From positions 1-64,000 of IMG/VR virus record IMGVR_UViG_3300042261_001452: a DNA stretch of 64,000 nucleotides; one strand, written 5' to 3'. The notes beneath the pieces are model-generated. The model ran no database searches. It had not been told where the DNA came from and worked only from the letters and a program-made list of their open reading frames with translations. Source of the DNA: a virus. This document shows, piece by piece, positions 9,072 to 19,299 of this stretch. Numbering within the stretch: position 1 is the stretch's first letter; the number at the start of each line of letters is the position of its first letter. A program made the translations under genes and the position numbers.

Positions 9072-10541
9072 TTATAGTTTTTTGCCAATTCTTATTATTT
9101 TAAAAGTTTTAGAAGATGCCTCTTGTAATACTTTTCCAAATGTTGCTTCTGGACTATGTGCTGCTGGTGCTGGCCTTGGCTTTAGACGCTTTACTCCCTG
9201 TGGTATTGGCCCTGAAGTTGCTGGAACTGGCGTTGCAGATGGAGTTTTGATCTCTGTTTCTGGAATTGCTTTTCCAAATGTTGCTTCTGGACTATGTGCC
9301 GCTGGAACTGGCGTTGGAGGTGAAGCTTCTGGAATTGTCCCTGGAATTTTCTCATTACTAACTTCTGTACTTGGATCTAATACCTTAGATTTCTCTTCTG
9401 TACTTGGATTTAATACCTTATATCTCTCTTCTACCTTACTGGTAAATTCTTTTAATAATTGTGGATTTCTTTTAATATATTGTATAAGAGTCTGAATATT
9501 TTGTGGCAACACAGTAGACTGTGCATATCTCTTATTTTCTGAGACTTTTGAAGATGCTGTACTTAACTTTAATTGCCTTAACACCTCATTTACTATTTCA
9601 GGAGTCCATTTTTCAATCCCAATATTATTCATCTGTTGTGTCGCAAGCTTCTTCTGCTCTGGAGTAAGATCTTGTTCTGGACGAACTTTTGCAGGCGCTC
9701 CATACTGCTGAGCTAAGTCTGCCTGTTGTTTCTTAGCAATTTCTGCAATAGCAGGAACTGCCTTATAAACTGTTATAACAGATTGATATAAATCATTCAA
9801 ACTATTGGCATATGCTCCTTGAAACTCTTCTGGTAAAGTTTTAACCATTTTTGAAACATCATCATAACTTACTTCCTTCTCAGGGTCTAATAAAGCGATT
9901 TGTTGTAAGGCTTTATAGGCAGTATTAAAACTTCCTCTTTGTCCCTCTAGTTTCTCTTTCTTTTCTAATCGCTCTTTCTTTTCCTGTTCTTTTAATGGAG
10001 TAGCAACTTGTTGACTAAAAGGATCTTTATTGAGTTTTTGCTTTATCCAATCTGTTATTCCAGCTTCTTTCATAATAGAAATATCTTCATTGGTAAATCT
10101 ATCATCTATTGCATGTTTAGCACAAACAATAAGCTTTTTAGAAATTTCTGACTTGCCTTGTTCATCCATTGCAGATGACATCTTTATTAACTCTTTCACA
10201 AGATTGGCTGCTTTCTCATTCATTTTAACATCCCTCCATTCCAATACCTTATATCTAGGTGGTAATCCTTTTAAAGATTGAAATCTTACTTTATATTCAC
10301 TATTTTTATTCCCATAAATATTCAATAAACGCATGAGTTCTCCTATTTCTCCTACAATATTTCTTATGGAGACAGGATCATCAGCCAATTTATCAAGCTC
10401 TTCTGTAACTGGTAAATTCTTTATTCTAAATTGTATCTGTGGCAATGCTTCTTGTTCTACAAAAGAAAACCCTGACATTCTTAATCCATGAATAATAGAT
10501 TTAAGTTCTTCAAGAGTTAGGTTTTGATTAAACTCTGTCAT
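9072..10541 (-). CDS. hypothetical probable head protein with Pro-rich repeats
   Basis: PAAHSPEATFGK x2, KVLxPSTE x2, L.K....D..G helix motif. Confidence 0.6.
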   Translation of the reverse strand: MTEFNQNLTLEELKSIIHGLRMSGFSFVEQEALPQIQFRIKNLPVTEELDKLADDPVSIRNIVGEIGELMRLLNIYGNKNSEYKVRFQSLKGLPPRYKVLEWRDVKMNEKAANLVKELIKMSSAMDEQGKSEISKKLIVCAKHAIDDRFTNEDISIMKEAGITDWIKQKLNKDPFSQQVATPLKEQEKKERLEKKEKLEGQRGSFNTAYKALQQIALLDPEKEVSYDDVSKMVKTLPEEFQGAYANSLNDLYQSVITVYKAVPAIAEIAKKQQADLAQQYGAPAKVRPEQDLTPEQKKLATQQMNNIGIEKWTPEIVNEVLRQLKLSTASSKVSENKRYAQSTVLPQNIQTLIQYIKRNPQLLKEFTSKVEERYKVLNPSTEEKSKVLDPSTEVSNEKIPGTIPEASPPTPVPAAHSPEATFGKAIPETEIKTPSATPVPATSGPIPQGVKRLKPRPAPAAHSPEATFGKVLQEASSKTFKIIRIGKKL

Positions 10542-10949
10542 TTATTTCCCTAAAAAGAAACTCTGAGGAATTCCCGGAGCTTTTGGAGCTTGTACTTCTT
10601 CCTTCTTCTCGACCTTAATAGGTTTTTCCATTGGCTCTACTGATTCCATTTGTCCTGCTGGCTCTTCCTTTCTTCTAATAGTATTTACTTCAGAAGTTAA
10701 TCCACCAGCTACAATATCAAGTAATTTCTTGGAATTCTCTCTTAAAGTAGTATTTAAAGCCTCTATCGCCTCCCTATTTTCAGCAATATCTTGTGCTTCG
10801 GCTGCTGCTTCTACCTTTTCCATGAAGTTTCTAATCTCTTGTATAAGCCCAAGAATAGAATTAATACCATCACCTTTCTTAGTCTTTTTCTTTTCTTCTT
10901 CAGCGCAAATTAAGATCTTATCTCTGCTAAAAAAATCTACTTTACCCAT
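10542..10949 (-). CDS. hypothetical coiled-coil protein
   Basis: 135 aa, GGAG RBS, preceded by AGGA-N17-GAA. Confidence 0.6.
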   Translation of the reverse strand: MGKVDFFSRDKILICAEEEKKKTKKGDGINSILGLIQEIRNFMEKVEAAAEAQDIAENREAIEALNTTLRENSKKLLDIVAGGLTSEVNTIRRKEEPAGQMESVEPMEKPIKVEKKEEVQAPKAPGIPQSFFLGK

Positions 10950-11009
10950 AACTATCTCCTATTATTAGTGTATTCTATTCTTTATTCTAAATATATGAAT
11001 AAATTCCTT

Positions 11010-12332
11010 TCACTTATTCCAATAAGCATCTTGTATTTGTTCCAGCAACATGTCTTTTTTATCTTTTTCTTTCTTGTCTTTTTTTTTCTGTTTTTCTAAG
11101 TTCTGTTCAAACTTATCTATATCATATTCAGGATAAAAAGATGAGACTTCCCTTAACCAAGGATGTTTCTTATAAAATATAGCTCTAGCTTGTGACTCTG
11201 TTTTTGCATATACCCATTCACCAATTAATCTCTCTATTGGCTCAAATTGATCAAAATTATTTAATCTAACTGCCATATAGGGATATTTTAAGGGTTTATT
11301 GTCCTCTTTCATCTTATTTTTAACCCAATCATATCCCGAACTGGTTTTATACCAATTATTAGATTTTGCCTCAACTTCGATACTGGGAGTTGAAGGAATA
11401 GAAGTTAAAAGATCTGGAAATGCTTGTTTTGCTCGTCCTAATGTAGTTCCATGCCAAACAGTATTTGAATCATCTATCTCCATCCCCGGCAAATTCATCT
11501 GCTTGTCTTCATATATTTTATTCATATTTAGCCAACTATGATACATGATACTTTCAGCAGAAATAATTAATCTTCCATCCTCGTCAACGATTTCTCCTTT
11601 ATCATTCTTTTGCCATCCTTCCTCTTCTATCTCTTCATCACTCATTTCCCAAGGATCTTTTCCCATATCTTCATCAATCTTCACAAAAGGAATTAAATAG
11701 ATCGCCTTGACTCTTCCACTTATTATTGGATGCATAACTCTAAATTGTCCAATAACCGCAATTTTTAAATCTTCTGGTATGTTTCCAGCAATTAAAGACT
11801 GAACTATCTGTAAAATTCTATCCTGATTCTCACGCAAATAATTGCTTATTGCTACTGGAGGAATGGTTTGGTGTTCTTGGATTAAATCCGTTCCATCTGT
11901 TTGCCAACCCATATTATCATCTTCTAAATCATTAAATATTAAATCTATTTTTTCTTTATCTTCAATATTTAAATTAAGAATATTTTGTAATTCTGTCTTT
12001 TTATCTATTAAATAATATTTTAAACTTTCATCTGCTTCTGCATCAACATCTGCTTTCATTGGTAAATCTTGTTTATAAATTTCAATTAATACTGGAGGAT
12101 CATCTTTAGTTGCCTTATTTTCAGCATATAAAGCAGCTAACTCAGGAGTAAATGCAAAGTGAACTCCTGAATATTTCTCCTCTAATTCTTTTTGATTTTG
12201 CCTTTGATGAACTTTACCATATGGAGTCCATGCGATATCTTGATGCTGTCTTAATCTAGCAGGATTTAATTCATTCTCCCATGCTCTAGGATCAAGAGCT
12301 TTCGTAACTTTATATAAATTAAACTTACTCAT
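11010..12332 (-). CDS. ADP-ribosyltransferase-like protein, apparently circularly permuted
   Basis: GVHFAFTPELAALYA...VLIEI near N-terminus and WHGTT near residue 295. Confidence 0.5.
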   Translation of the reverse strand: MSKFNLYKVTKALDPRAWENELNPARLRQHQDIAWTPYGKVHQRQNQKELEEKYSGVHFAFTPELAALYAENKATKDDPPVLIEIYKQDLPMKADVDAEADESLKYYLIDKKTELQNILNLNIEDKEKIDLIFNDLEDDNMGWQTDGTDLIQEHQTIPPVAISNYLRENQDRILQIVQSLIAGNIPEDLKIAVIGQFRVMHPIISGRVKAIYLIPFVKIDEDMGKDPWEMSDEEIEEEGWQKNDKGEIVDEDGRLIISAESIMYHSWLNMNKIYEDKQMNLPGMEIDDSNTVWHGTTLGRAKQAFPDLLTSIPSTPSIEVEAKSNNWYKTSSGYDWVKNKMKEDNKPLKYPYMAVRLNNFDQFEPIERLIGEWVYAKTESQARAIFYKKHPWLREVSSFYPEYDIDKFEQNLEKQKKKDKKEKDKKDMLLEQIQDAYWNK

Positions 12333-13417
12333 AATGCTAACATCTTTTTTAAGTCTTCTATTTCCTCATCTAATTGATCCATAAGTATCCAATTTACCTT
12401 TTCGTTCCTTAATAGCTTTTCTATTATTGAGGCATTATTTTGATATAACTGAATATCTTCTGGAAGCCAATTGTGATATCCTTTTTTAATTTTTTCTACA
12501 AAAGCTTCAATATTATTCTTTTCAGTTCTAGACATTCCTTTTTTTACAGCAGTTTTATACCAATTATTAGAAGAAGCAAATTCAAACAAATCTTCTAGTG
12601 TTATTTTTTTACCACATTCAGGATATATTTCGTAATCATCTAGAGAAACTATATCAAGACAAATATCTCCATGACTATGAACATACCTCTTATAAAGGCG
12701 ATGTACTATTTCTATGTTTTTTCTTAATGCCTCTTTAGTACATTGAATTGAAAAGACATTATTCCAAGTTGAAAATCTAATAGCTCCAAATTTAAAGGCT
12801 ATTCTGTATAGTTCTAAGTCATGCATGCTCATATTGGACAAATTCTTCTTAAATTCTTCAGATACTCCAAACTGTCCAATATTTTCATAGACATATTCAG
12901 AGTGTAACATTAAACCTAGCAATTCTACTCTTCCATCTGGCATTATCCAACCATTGGCGGGATAATTTTTAGCTACTTTTATTATGTTTTTATTAGAGGC
13001 AAATTCAAATATCTCATCTAGGCTATTAAATCTTTCAGATCTATTAGAGGTAGCATTTTCAACTATAATTAATGCTCCTTTTGGGGCTGATTCATTATAA
13101 ATTTTCTGAATAGTATTAAAATGATTATATATTGCTTCTAAATTCCCTTGAATGGCAAAAAAGTTATGCATTAGCATTTTTAATATACTAACTCTGACTG
13201 CTCCTTTATCAAAAGCTAATTTACAAATATCTTTTGCTTGAGAAGCTTCTTCTTTATCTATATTAAAATCTTTAAGTTGTTTAATAACAAAAGAAGAATG
13301 AGAGCATCCTCCTAAATTTATTACCTTTCCATTTGGCATTATCCAAAAGCCTAAAGAAATTATATCAAGATTAGCTTTCTTGGATATAGTATTCTTATTT
13401 AATTTGAAAATTCTCAT
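12329..13417 (-). CDS. protein with two tandem WIMPxG..H..GA.R domains
   Basis: GFWIMPNG..H..AFDKGAVR and GWIMPDG..H..AFKFGAIR, each ending L..xFEFAS. Confidence 0.65.
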   Translation of the reverse strand: MRIFKLNKNTISKKANLDIISLGFWIMPNGKVINLGGCSHSSFVIKQLKDFNIDKEEASQAKDICKLAFDKGAVRVSILKMLMHNFFAIQGNLEAIYNHFNTIQKIYNESAPKGALIIVENATSNRSERFNSLDEIFEFASNKNIIKVAKNYPANGWIMPDGRVELLGLMLHSEYVYENIGQFGVSEEFKKNLSNMSMHDLELYRIAFKFGAIRFSTWNNVFSIQCTKEALRKNIEIVHRLYKRYVHSHGDICLDIVSLDDYEIYPECGKKITLEDLFEFASSNNWYKTAVKKGMSRTEKNNIEAFVEKIKKGYHNWLPEDIQLYQNNASIIEKLLRNEKVNWILMDQLDEEIEDLKKMLAL

Positions 13418-13563
13418 CTTTATTTATTCAACAAAAACCAATTTGCCCCCTGTTTTATACGCCTAGATCTTTATGAAATATTTTAAAAATAATTTTTGAA
13501 ATATTTTTATTTCATGGTATAATATACTCAGGTCGAACCAAAATATAAAAAAAGGAGCAAAAA

Positions 13564-14748
13564 ATGAAAGAGATATCAAAAGAAACAATAGAAAAAATAT
13601 CACAAACCAAATTAGAATCAAATAGAAAAGAAACATTATTTAATATAATTAAAAATGATATCCCAAAACAAGTAGATAATAATCTGGCTATACCTTCTCA
13701 CAGAACACGTCAACATATATCTTTTGATGAGTTTAAAACTCTTATACAAGAAGGAAAAACCTTCAAAGAGCTATGTCAAACATATTCAAAACATCTAATG
13801 TTATTTTATAATTATCTATCAAGAGGACAAGTATCAATAAGCAAAGAACAATTTGAAGAACAATATAATAAAGGAATCTCTCTTGATGAAATAGCAAGAT
13901 CAAGTAATACACCAAGAGAACATATTACTTATCTTAGAGAATATTATGGAATTAAAAGAAAGGGAGCCAATTTTATTAAAAGACTACAAAAAGAAGTTCC
14001 CTTAAGCCAAGAAGCAAAAGATATTATTATTGGATCTATATTGGGAGATGGATGTATTACTCCTTTAGGATATTTCTCTGAAAAACATTCTGAAAAACAA
14101 GTAGAATATCTTGAATGGAAGGCTGAGTTTTTAAAGCCAATTTTAACATCTAAATCATTTTCTTGCTATAAAGAGTTTGATAAGAGATATGGAAATGGAT
14201 CAATGAATTATTCCTTTTGTCTAAGAACAATTGCACATAGTTTTCTTTATGAAATAAGAGAAAAATTCTATAAGGAAATAAATAATGAATGGGTTAAGAT
14301 AATCCCAGAAGATATTGGAAGTATAATAAATGAAAGAATTTTAGCCATATGGTTTATGGATGATGGGCATACAGATTGGGGATATAGAAATGGAGAAAAA
14401 GAATATGAAAATCAACTACCACAATGCAAAATATCTTCTGAATCTTTTTCTCTAGAAGACAATATCAAACTTCAAAAAGTACTTGCTGAAAAATATTCTA
14501 TAAATTCCAACATTCGTTTTAGAGATACAAAAAACTTTCAAAAGCCATATTTGAGGATAGATTGTAAAACTTCCCCTTTATTTATGGAAATTATAAAAAA
14601 ATTCATCACACCCGAACTCTTATATAAAATAGACGAAAAAGAATATATTGATCACAAAAAAAGAATATATGATAAAGAAAAAATAACTAATTTATTTATG
14701 GAAAAACATGGCATTTCTCAAATAAAAGAATATGGAAAAGATGCATAA
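13564..14748 (+). mobile_element. free-standing LAGLIDADG homing endonuclease gene
   Basis: IIGSILGDG and LAIWFMDDG; opposite strand; own TATAAT and AAGGAG RBS. Confidence 0.85.
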
Positions 14749-14767
14749 ATCGTTGATAATCAACTAG

Positions 14768-16255
14768 TTACCCCTTGTATAAGTACCTAAACCAGCGCGA
14801 GCGGCCCCCAGGAAGTGAATACTCTGGACTAATAAATGCGACCATACCGGGTAATTTTCTAGTCTTAGTATTTTTAGCTTGTTCAGCAAACAAATCATTA
14901 TAAGTCTTATATAGATCTTGCCATATGGCATAGGCTTTATCAGCTTCTTCTGGTCTACCATAGATAATTCTTCTTTCTTGGAAAGACCAACCGAAAATTA
15001 ATCTTCTCATGGCGGTTGCAGCAGCATATAATATTATTGGACCCCACCAAGCTCTAGGACAAGAACTTAATGTTGAATATGTCTCACTTGCCGGAGGTAA
15101 ACCATTCATCATATTTAGTCCTAACTGTAAGAATGACAATAATTCCTGTTTGCTAAAATATGAGAACGAATATGACACATTGGGAACATCTTCTGGAGAT
15201 AATAATCTATCGAAATATAATTTCCCATCATAATCGGCATGCCATCCGTCATCAATAATTCTTTTTCCTAGTCTTACTATTGGACTTGGATCTTGACGCC
15301 AATTTCCATAGGCAAAACCAAAGACTGTTGACATTCTAGATACTTTTTTTGCAACACTTATAAATTTTATAGCCTTAGATGACTCACTATTGCCCTTAAA
15401 AAATACTAATGTTCCTGAATCTGGAGGATCACTTATTCCAACACAAGTTAATATTGTTTGTTCTTGATAAGGTGTTGTAGTTGTAGTAGTAAATTCTTCT
15501 GATGAAGTAGAGGCATTTAGGGTAGAGCTACTTGAACTACTTGAAGAGGATTGATATTCGGTAGAAAGAGAAGAATCGCTTGAAGTACTTGAAGAGGATT
15601 GATATTCGGTAGAAGTGGATGATCCTGAATTTGAAGAGATGGAGGATTCCTCTGAGGAACTAGATTCAATAGTTGAAGTAATGGTTTGGAAGACAGTAAA
15701 TCTTTTACTATTTACTACAAATATATCCCCTTCTGAGGCATTATAATAGTTATAAGTATCTAGGGTAAAATAGTAATAATTTTCCATTGCCTTTGGACGA
15801 TTTTCTTGTTGTATTCTATGTCCTTGTTCAAAATATACTGGAATATGTTGAGCTTCATAGATAAAGTCATTTTCTAGGTCATTAAGTAATTGTGCTGCGG
15901 CAGCAGAGGTTTTGCAATCTATTCCTTTGCTTAAGAAATTAATATATGATTCTAAGCTTCTGACTGTAATGATCATTGTCATTTCAGAAGCTCCAGAACT
16001 ATTATCCCATTGATAAGTCCATCTATCGTAATAATTCCCTAATGGCAAATTAGCAGGAACAAACCAGTCCACATAAAATATTCCGGGTTGTTCCATAACT
16101 GCATTAAGGGCGCATATTACAGTGACTCCATCTCTATCTAATATTTCCACCATTGGCTGTCCAATAGGATTAGATAAGATGCCATCTTTATTGAAGTGGC
16201 AATATAATCTTGCTATTTCATTTTGTAATGCAGTTGTTCTGGTTTGAATTGACAT
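14768..16255 (-). CDS. neck/head-completion-like structural protein with Ser/Thr-rich insertion
   Basis: N-terminal Ig-like segment (GIFYVDW..GNYYDRW), central poly-Ser, C-terminal adaptor-like helices. Confidence 0.5.
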   Translation of the reverse strand: MSIQTRTTALQNEIARLYCHFNKDGILSNPIGQPMVEILDRDGVTVICALNAVMEQPGIFYVDWFVPANLPLGNYYDRWTYQWDNSSGASEMTMIITVRSLESYINFLSKGIDCKTSAAAAQLLNDLENDFIYEAQHIPVYFEQGHRIQQENRPKAMENYYYFTLDTYNYYNASEGDIFVVNSKRFTVFQTITSTIESSSSEESSISSNSGSSTSTEYQSSSSTSSDSSLSTEYQSSSSSSSSSTLNASTSSEEFTTTTTTPYQEQTILTCVGISDPPDSGTLVFFKGNSESSKAIKFISVAKKVSRMSTVFGFAYGNWRQDPSPIVRLGKRIIDDGWHADYDGKLYFDRLLSPEDVPNVSYSFSYFSKQELLSFLQLGLNMMNGLPPASETYSTLSSCPRAWWGPIILYAAATAMRRLIFGWSFQERRIIYGRPEEADKAYAIWQDLYKTYNDLFAEQAKNTKTRKLPGMVAFISPEYSLPGGRSRWFRYLYKG

Positions 16256-16258
16256 AAT

Positions 16259-16483
16259 TTATCTTTTTATAAAATATCTATCGGCAGAGATTCCATTGAG
16301 CTCTTCAGATTCAACGATAATTGTTCCATCTCCTTCTAGAATTGAAAGAACATCTGCAACGAAATCGATATTATATTTCCCTTTTAGATTTTTAATTAAA
16401 TCATCTGCTGGCAGTCCATATCTTGCCATACTTACTAATTCAACAACATTTTCCTTTAAGATATTAATTTGTTCGTTATCCAT
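16259..16483 (-). CDS. small hypothetical, possibly winged helix
   Basis: 74 aa, VLSILEGDGTI. Confidence 0.5.
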   Translation of the reverse strand: MDNEQINILKENVVELVSMARYGLPADDLIKNLKGKYNIDFVADVLSILEGDGTIIVESEELNGISADRYFIKR

Positions 16484-16486
16484 GTA

Positions 16487-16711
16487 TTAATCCTTCTTTT
16501 TTCTCCAATCTGTTGTTCCTTTTACTTTATCAACAATAGAAGCGCAATATGCTCCGGGATTATCTTTATCTTTATTTTTTTCGATACATTCATCTATAAA
16601 GCCATGTTTTTTTGGAGAATGCTTATATTTTTTCTTTTTAGCTTCTGTATTTAGCCAACCAGTTTTTGATCCAATTAATTCCCACTGGGCTTTTGATAAT
16701 TTAATTCTCAT
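16487..16711 (-). CDS. small protein with KLSKxQW..GxKxGW leader
   Basis: MRIKLSKAQWELIGSKTGW then C..NPGAYC domain. Confidence 0.65.
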   Translation of the reverse strand: MRIKLSKAQWELIGSKTGWLNTEAKKKKYKHSPKKHGFIDECIEKNKDKDNPGAYCASIVDKVKGTTDWRKKKD

Positions 16712-16725
16712 CTCTGATCTCTTTT

Positions 16726-17382
16726 TTAAACTTCATCTAAATTAGAAGGTTTTTCTCCAGAAGACTCTCTTTCATTTAGTCTTTCAAAATATCTTTGGGA
16801 AGTTAATTCAGTCTTAGCAATATCATCCCAATGTTCAGGAGCATTATTTTCTACTGATATAGCATAATCTGCCGCTGCTTCATCTGACATATCATATTTT
16901 ATAGCTGCCTCATAATAAACGCCAAAATCATGTGAATTCCTTTCCATTATAAAACGAGCATTAACATTTTCAGGGATTGGAAATAGTCTCATAAGTTGTT
17001 TAATAAAAGCTCTTACTTCCATTCTATTTAAGTCTATGTCATCATGGCCTACTTGAGCGCATTTTTCATCTGCTGGAGTTGGGCCAATAGATATAGTATC
17101 AAATTCAGAAAGTAGTTGTGCTTTCTTAATCCATCCTGTTTTATGACCTATTTGCGCCCATTGAGCAGAGGAAAGTTTTAGAGTCATTGTAGAGCTATCT
17201 GCTTTCTTACTTTTCTTATTTTTCTTATTTTTCTTTGCAATATCTCTATCATATTTAGTTCCTTTGCATTCTGGAAATAATTGCGTATCTAAATGTCCTT
17301 TAGGTTTTGGCCATTTAGTATCTCTATCTTCTTTTTGACATTCACATGAATTGCAACTAGTTTTTACTTTTTTATAAAACAT
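16726..17382 (-). CDS. hypothetical with internal KLSxxQW..GW.KKAQ motif
   Basis: MTLKLSSAQWAQIGHKTGWIKKAQ precedes a CAQVG..HDFGVYYE..PEHWD domain. Confidence 0.65.
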   Translation of the reverse strand: MFYKKVKTSCNSCECQKEDRDTKWPKPKGHLDTQLFPECKGTKYDRDIAKKNKKNKKSKKADSSTMTLKLSSAQWAQIGHKTGWIKKAQLLSEFDTISIGPTPADEKCAQVGHDDIDLNRMEVRAFIKQLMRLFPIPENVNARFIMERNSHDFGVYYEAAIKYDMSDEAAADYAISVENNAPEHWDDIAKTELTSQRYFERLNERESSGEKPSNLDEV

Positions 17383-17397
17383 ATTTATCTCCTTATA

Positions 17398-18138
17398 TTA
17401 TTCTAGATTTTCATAAGCTATTTGATAAGAAATAATTAGGCCAGATGCAGTATTTGATTCTACATGTATAGCCTGATTAACGGAAAGAACATGAATATCG
17501 TCATGATAATGTTCTGTTACTGTACTTCCAGTCGCATCAATAATCCAAGCCTCATTATTTAGACCATAAACATTTGAATTACTTGCGATAGAAGAGGTAT
17601 AAGATGTATTTGCTGTTAGCCCATAAATATATCCAGCAATACTTTGTTTTAATGGTAATGGCTGGGTATTGTCAAAATCCACATATCTTATCGTTCCAGA
17701 ATTTGGAGTAATTGTAAATGTTCCAAGTGTAGAACTATAGACTACGGTAAAAGTACGTCCCGCTCCTGAGAAAACCGTATCGGCATTTAGAGCATTTTGC
17801 AATAGGGTAGCTAGGCGAACACCAGTATAGAATCCCGGAGTTAAAAAGATTTGTCTTCTCCCTAGACCAGAAGCTTCTATAAAGAGAAAATCATTACGAC
17901 CTGAAACAATTGTTGCTCCATTAGCGACAGATACTGAATAACTTCTACTTGTGGCAGCACTAAAATTTAAAGAAATTGAATCAATCTGCCAATCGGTATT
18001 ATTATATATATAATCACTAATAGCAGAAGATGTTACACTAGCAGATGCAGATTTAACAGAAACTTCTCTTTGAGCTAATACTCTATCAATGGCATGTGGT
18101 TTCTTAGGGGTTCTATTTGTAAAGTATGGAATAGGCAT
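17398..18138 (-). CDS. beta-rich virion structural protein
   Basis: Thr/Ser-rich; GFYT..LA..LQNALNA..FTV.Y motif. Confidence 0.55.
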   Translation of the reverse strand: MPIPYFTNRTPKKPHAIDRVLAQREVSVKSASASVTSSAISDYIYNNTDWQIDSISLNFSAATSRSYSVSVANGATIVSGRNDFLFIEASGLGRRQIFLTPGFYTGVRLATLLQNALNADTVFSGAGRTFTVVYSSTLGTFTITPNSGTIRYVDFDNTQPLPLKQSIAGYIYGLTANTSYTSSIASNSNVYGLNNEAWIIDATGSTVTEHYHDDIHVLSVNQAIHVESNTASGLIISYQIAYENLE

Positions 18139-18212
18139 ATTTTCTCCTTTTTAAGTATTACTTATCGTAACTTTAATTCAAGAATAATATTCCTATTCCC
18201 TTTATATTTTTC

Positions 18213-19286
18213 TTATCTTTCTATTTTTTTAATAACCTTATTTTGCAATCCGGGACTTGATGGAGGTCTATTGGATAAATTAGATGATCCTCCCCCATGA
18301 ACTGATTTTCTGACGCCACCTGATAAGGTTGTAGTTCCAGAAAGAACAGGTCTTCCTACTTCTGATGCCAATTTTTCTTGTTCAGAAGGACCATCTAAAT
18401 CACTTTCTCCTAAGTCCATAACCATTCCAGAGTCATTTGCATTTTCATATCCATTTTCTATATCTCTTTCGGCAGCATCTTTATTACTAAAGGTTTTAAG
18501 TCCATAGGATTCACTTTCTTTAAGTTTTTTATGATAATTAGGGACATCATCTGGAGATATTATTTTAATAAGGCCAGATTTAAAAGAAGAAATTAATTCT
18601 CTACTAAGCAATATTCTTTTCGCAGATATATTAGAAAGATCAAATGGAATATTGAGTTCAAGACTAATTCCTAAATCATTTATAGTCAAGCTAGCACATT
18701 TATCATTAACTATAAATGCTTTTTTATCAATGGCTTCTTCTTTTTCTTTAAGCTCCATAGCTAAAGCTTTTTGTCTTATATTGGTGATAGTATCTAAGTT
18801 AATTTTGCTATTTTTAGTTTCGCTAGCTTTTTTAGCTTCTGCTAACAATTCTTCAACTGTGGATACGAATTTCTGATAGCTTGGATTATTTAAAGATGTT
18901 CCGAATTGTTTTGGTGCTTCTCTATTTATTTGGTCTTTAGATTTTATAGCCGTGGCAACCTTTTTCTCATTGACAGGGGCTTCTGTTACGGCTAATCTAC
19001 CAACAAATCCTCCACTTTCGCCTCCTTCTCCGCTAAAAATAGAGCCAACTGATTCTCCTCCGGTATTTTCAATATTAGAATCTACAGGAGTCAACATAAT
19101 ACTTGTTTCCTTATTAATAAAATCATTAGGAATTAAAATAGTATCTTCTGATACAATAACCAATTTAGCTTCTCCTTTTCCATCTACTAAATTATTACAA
19201 ACCAAAGTTATTTTGGTTTCTCCATCCTTTACTAGCGATCTTAATTTCTTGCTCAAGGATACATTACACATTATTGTCATAATCAT
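18213..19286 (-). CDS. hypothetical protein
   Basis: 357-aa ORF. Confidence 0.6.
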   Translation of the reverse strand: MIMTIMCNVSLSKKLRSLVKDGETKITLVCNNLVDGKGEAKLVIVSEDTILIPNDFINKETSIMLTPVDSNIENTGGESVGSIFSGEGGESGGFVGRLAVTEAPVNEKKVATAIKSKDQINREAPKQFGTSLNNPSYQKFVSTVEELLAEAKKASETKNSKINLDTITNIRQKALAMELKEKEEAIDKKAFIVNDKCASLTINDLGISLELNIPFDLSNISAKRILLSRELISSFKSGLIKIISPDDVPNYHKKLKESESYGLKTFSNKDAAERDIENGYENANDSGMVMDLGESDLDGPSEQEKLASEVGRPVLSGTTTLSGGVRKSVHGGGSSNLSNRPPSSPGLQNKVIKKIER

Positions 19287-19299
19287 ATTTTTTTCTCCG

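Noticed and set aside
9061-9495. Short plus-strand ORFs antisense to long genes (also e.g. 18952, 40088, 46376, 61914)
   Set aside because: Shadow ORFs fully overlapping well-supported minus-strand genes
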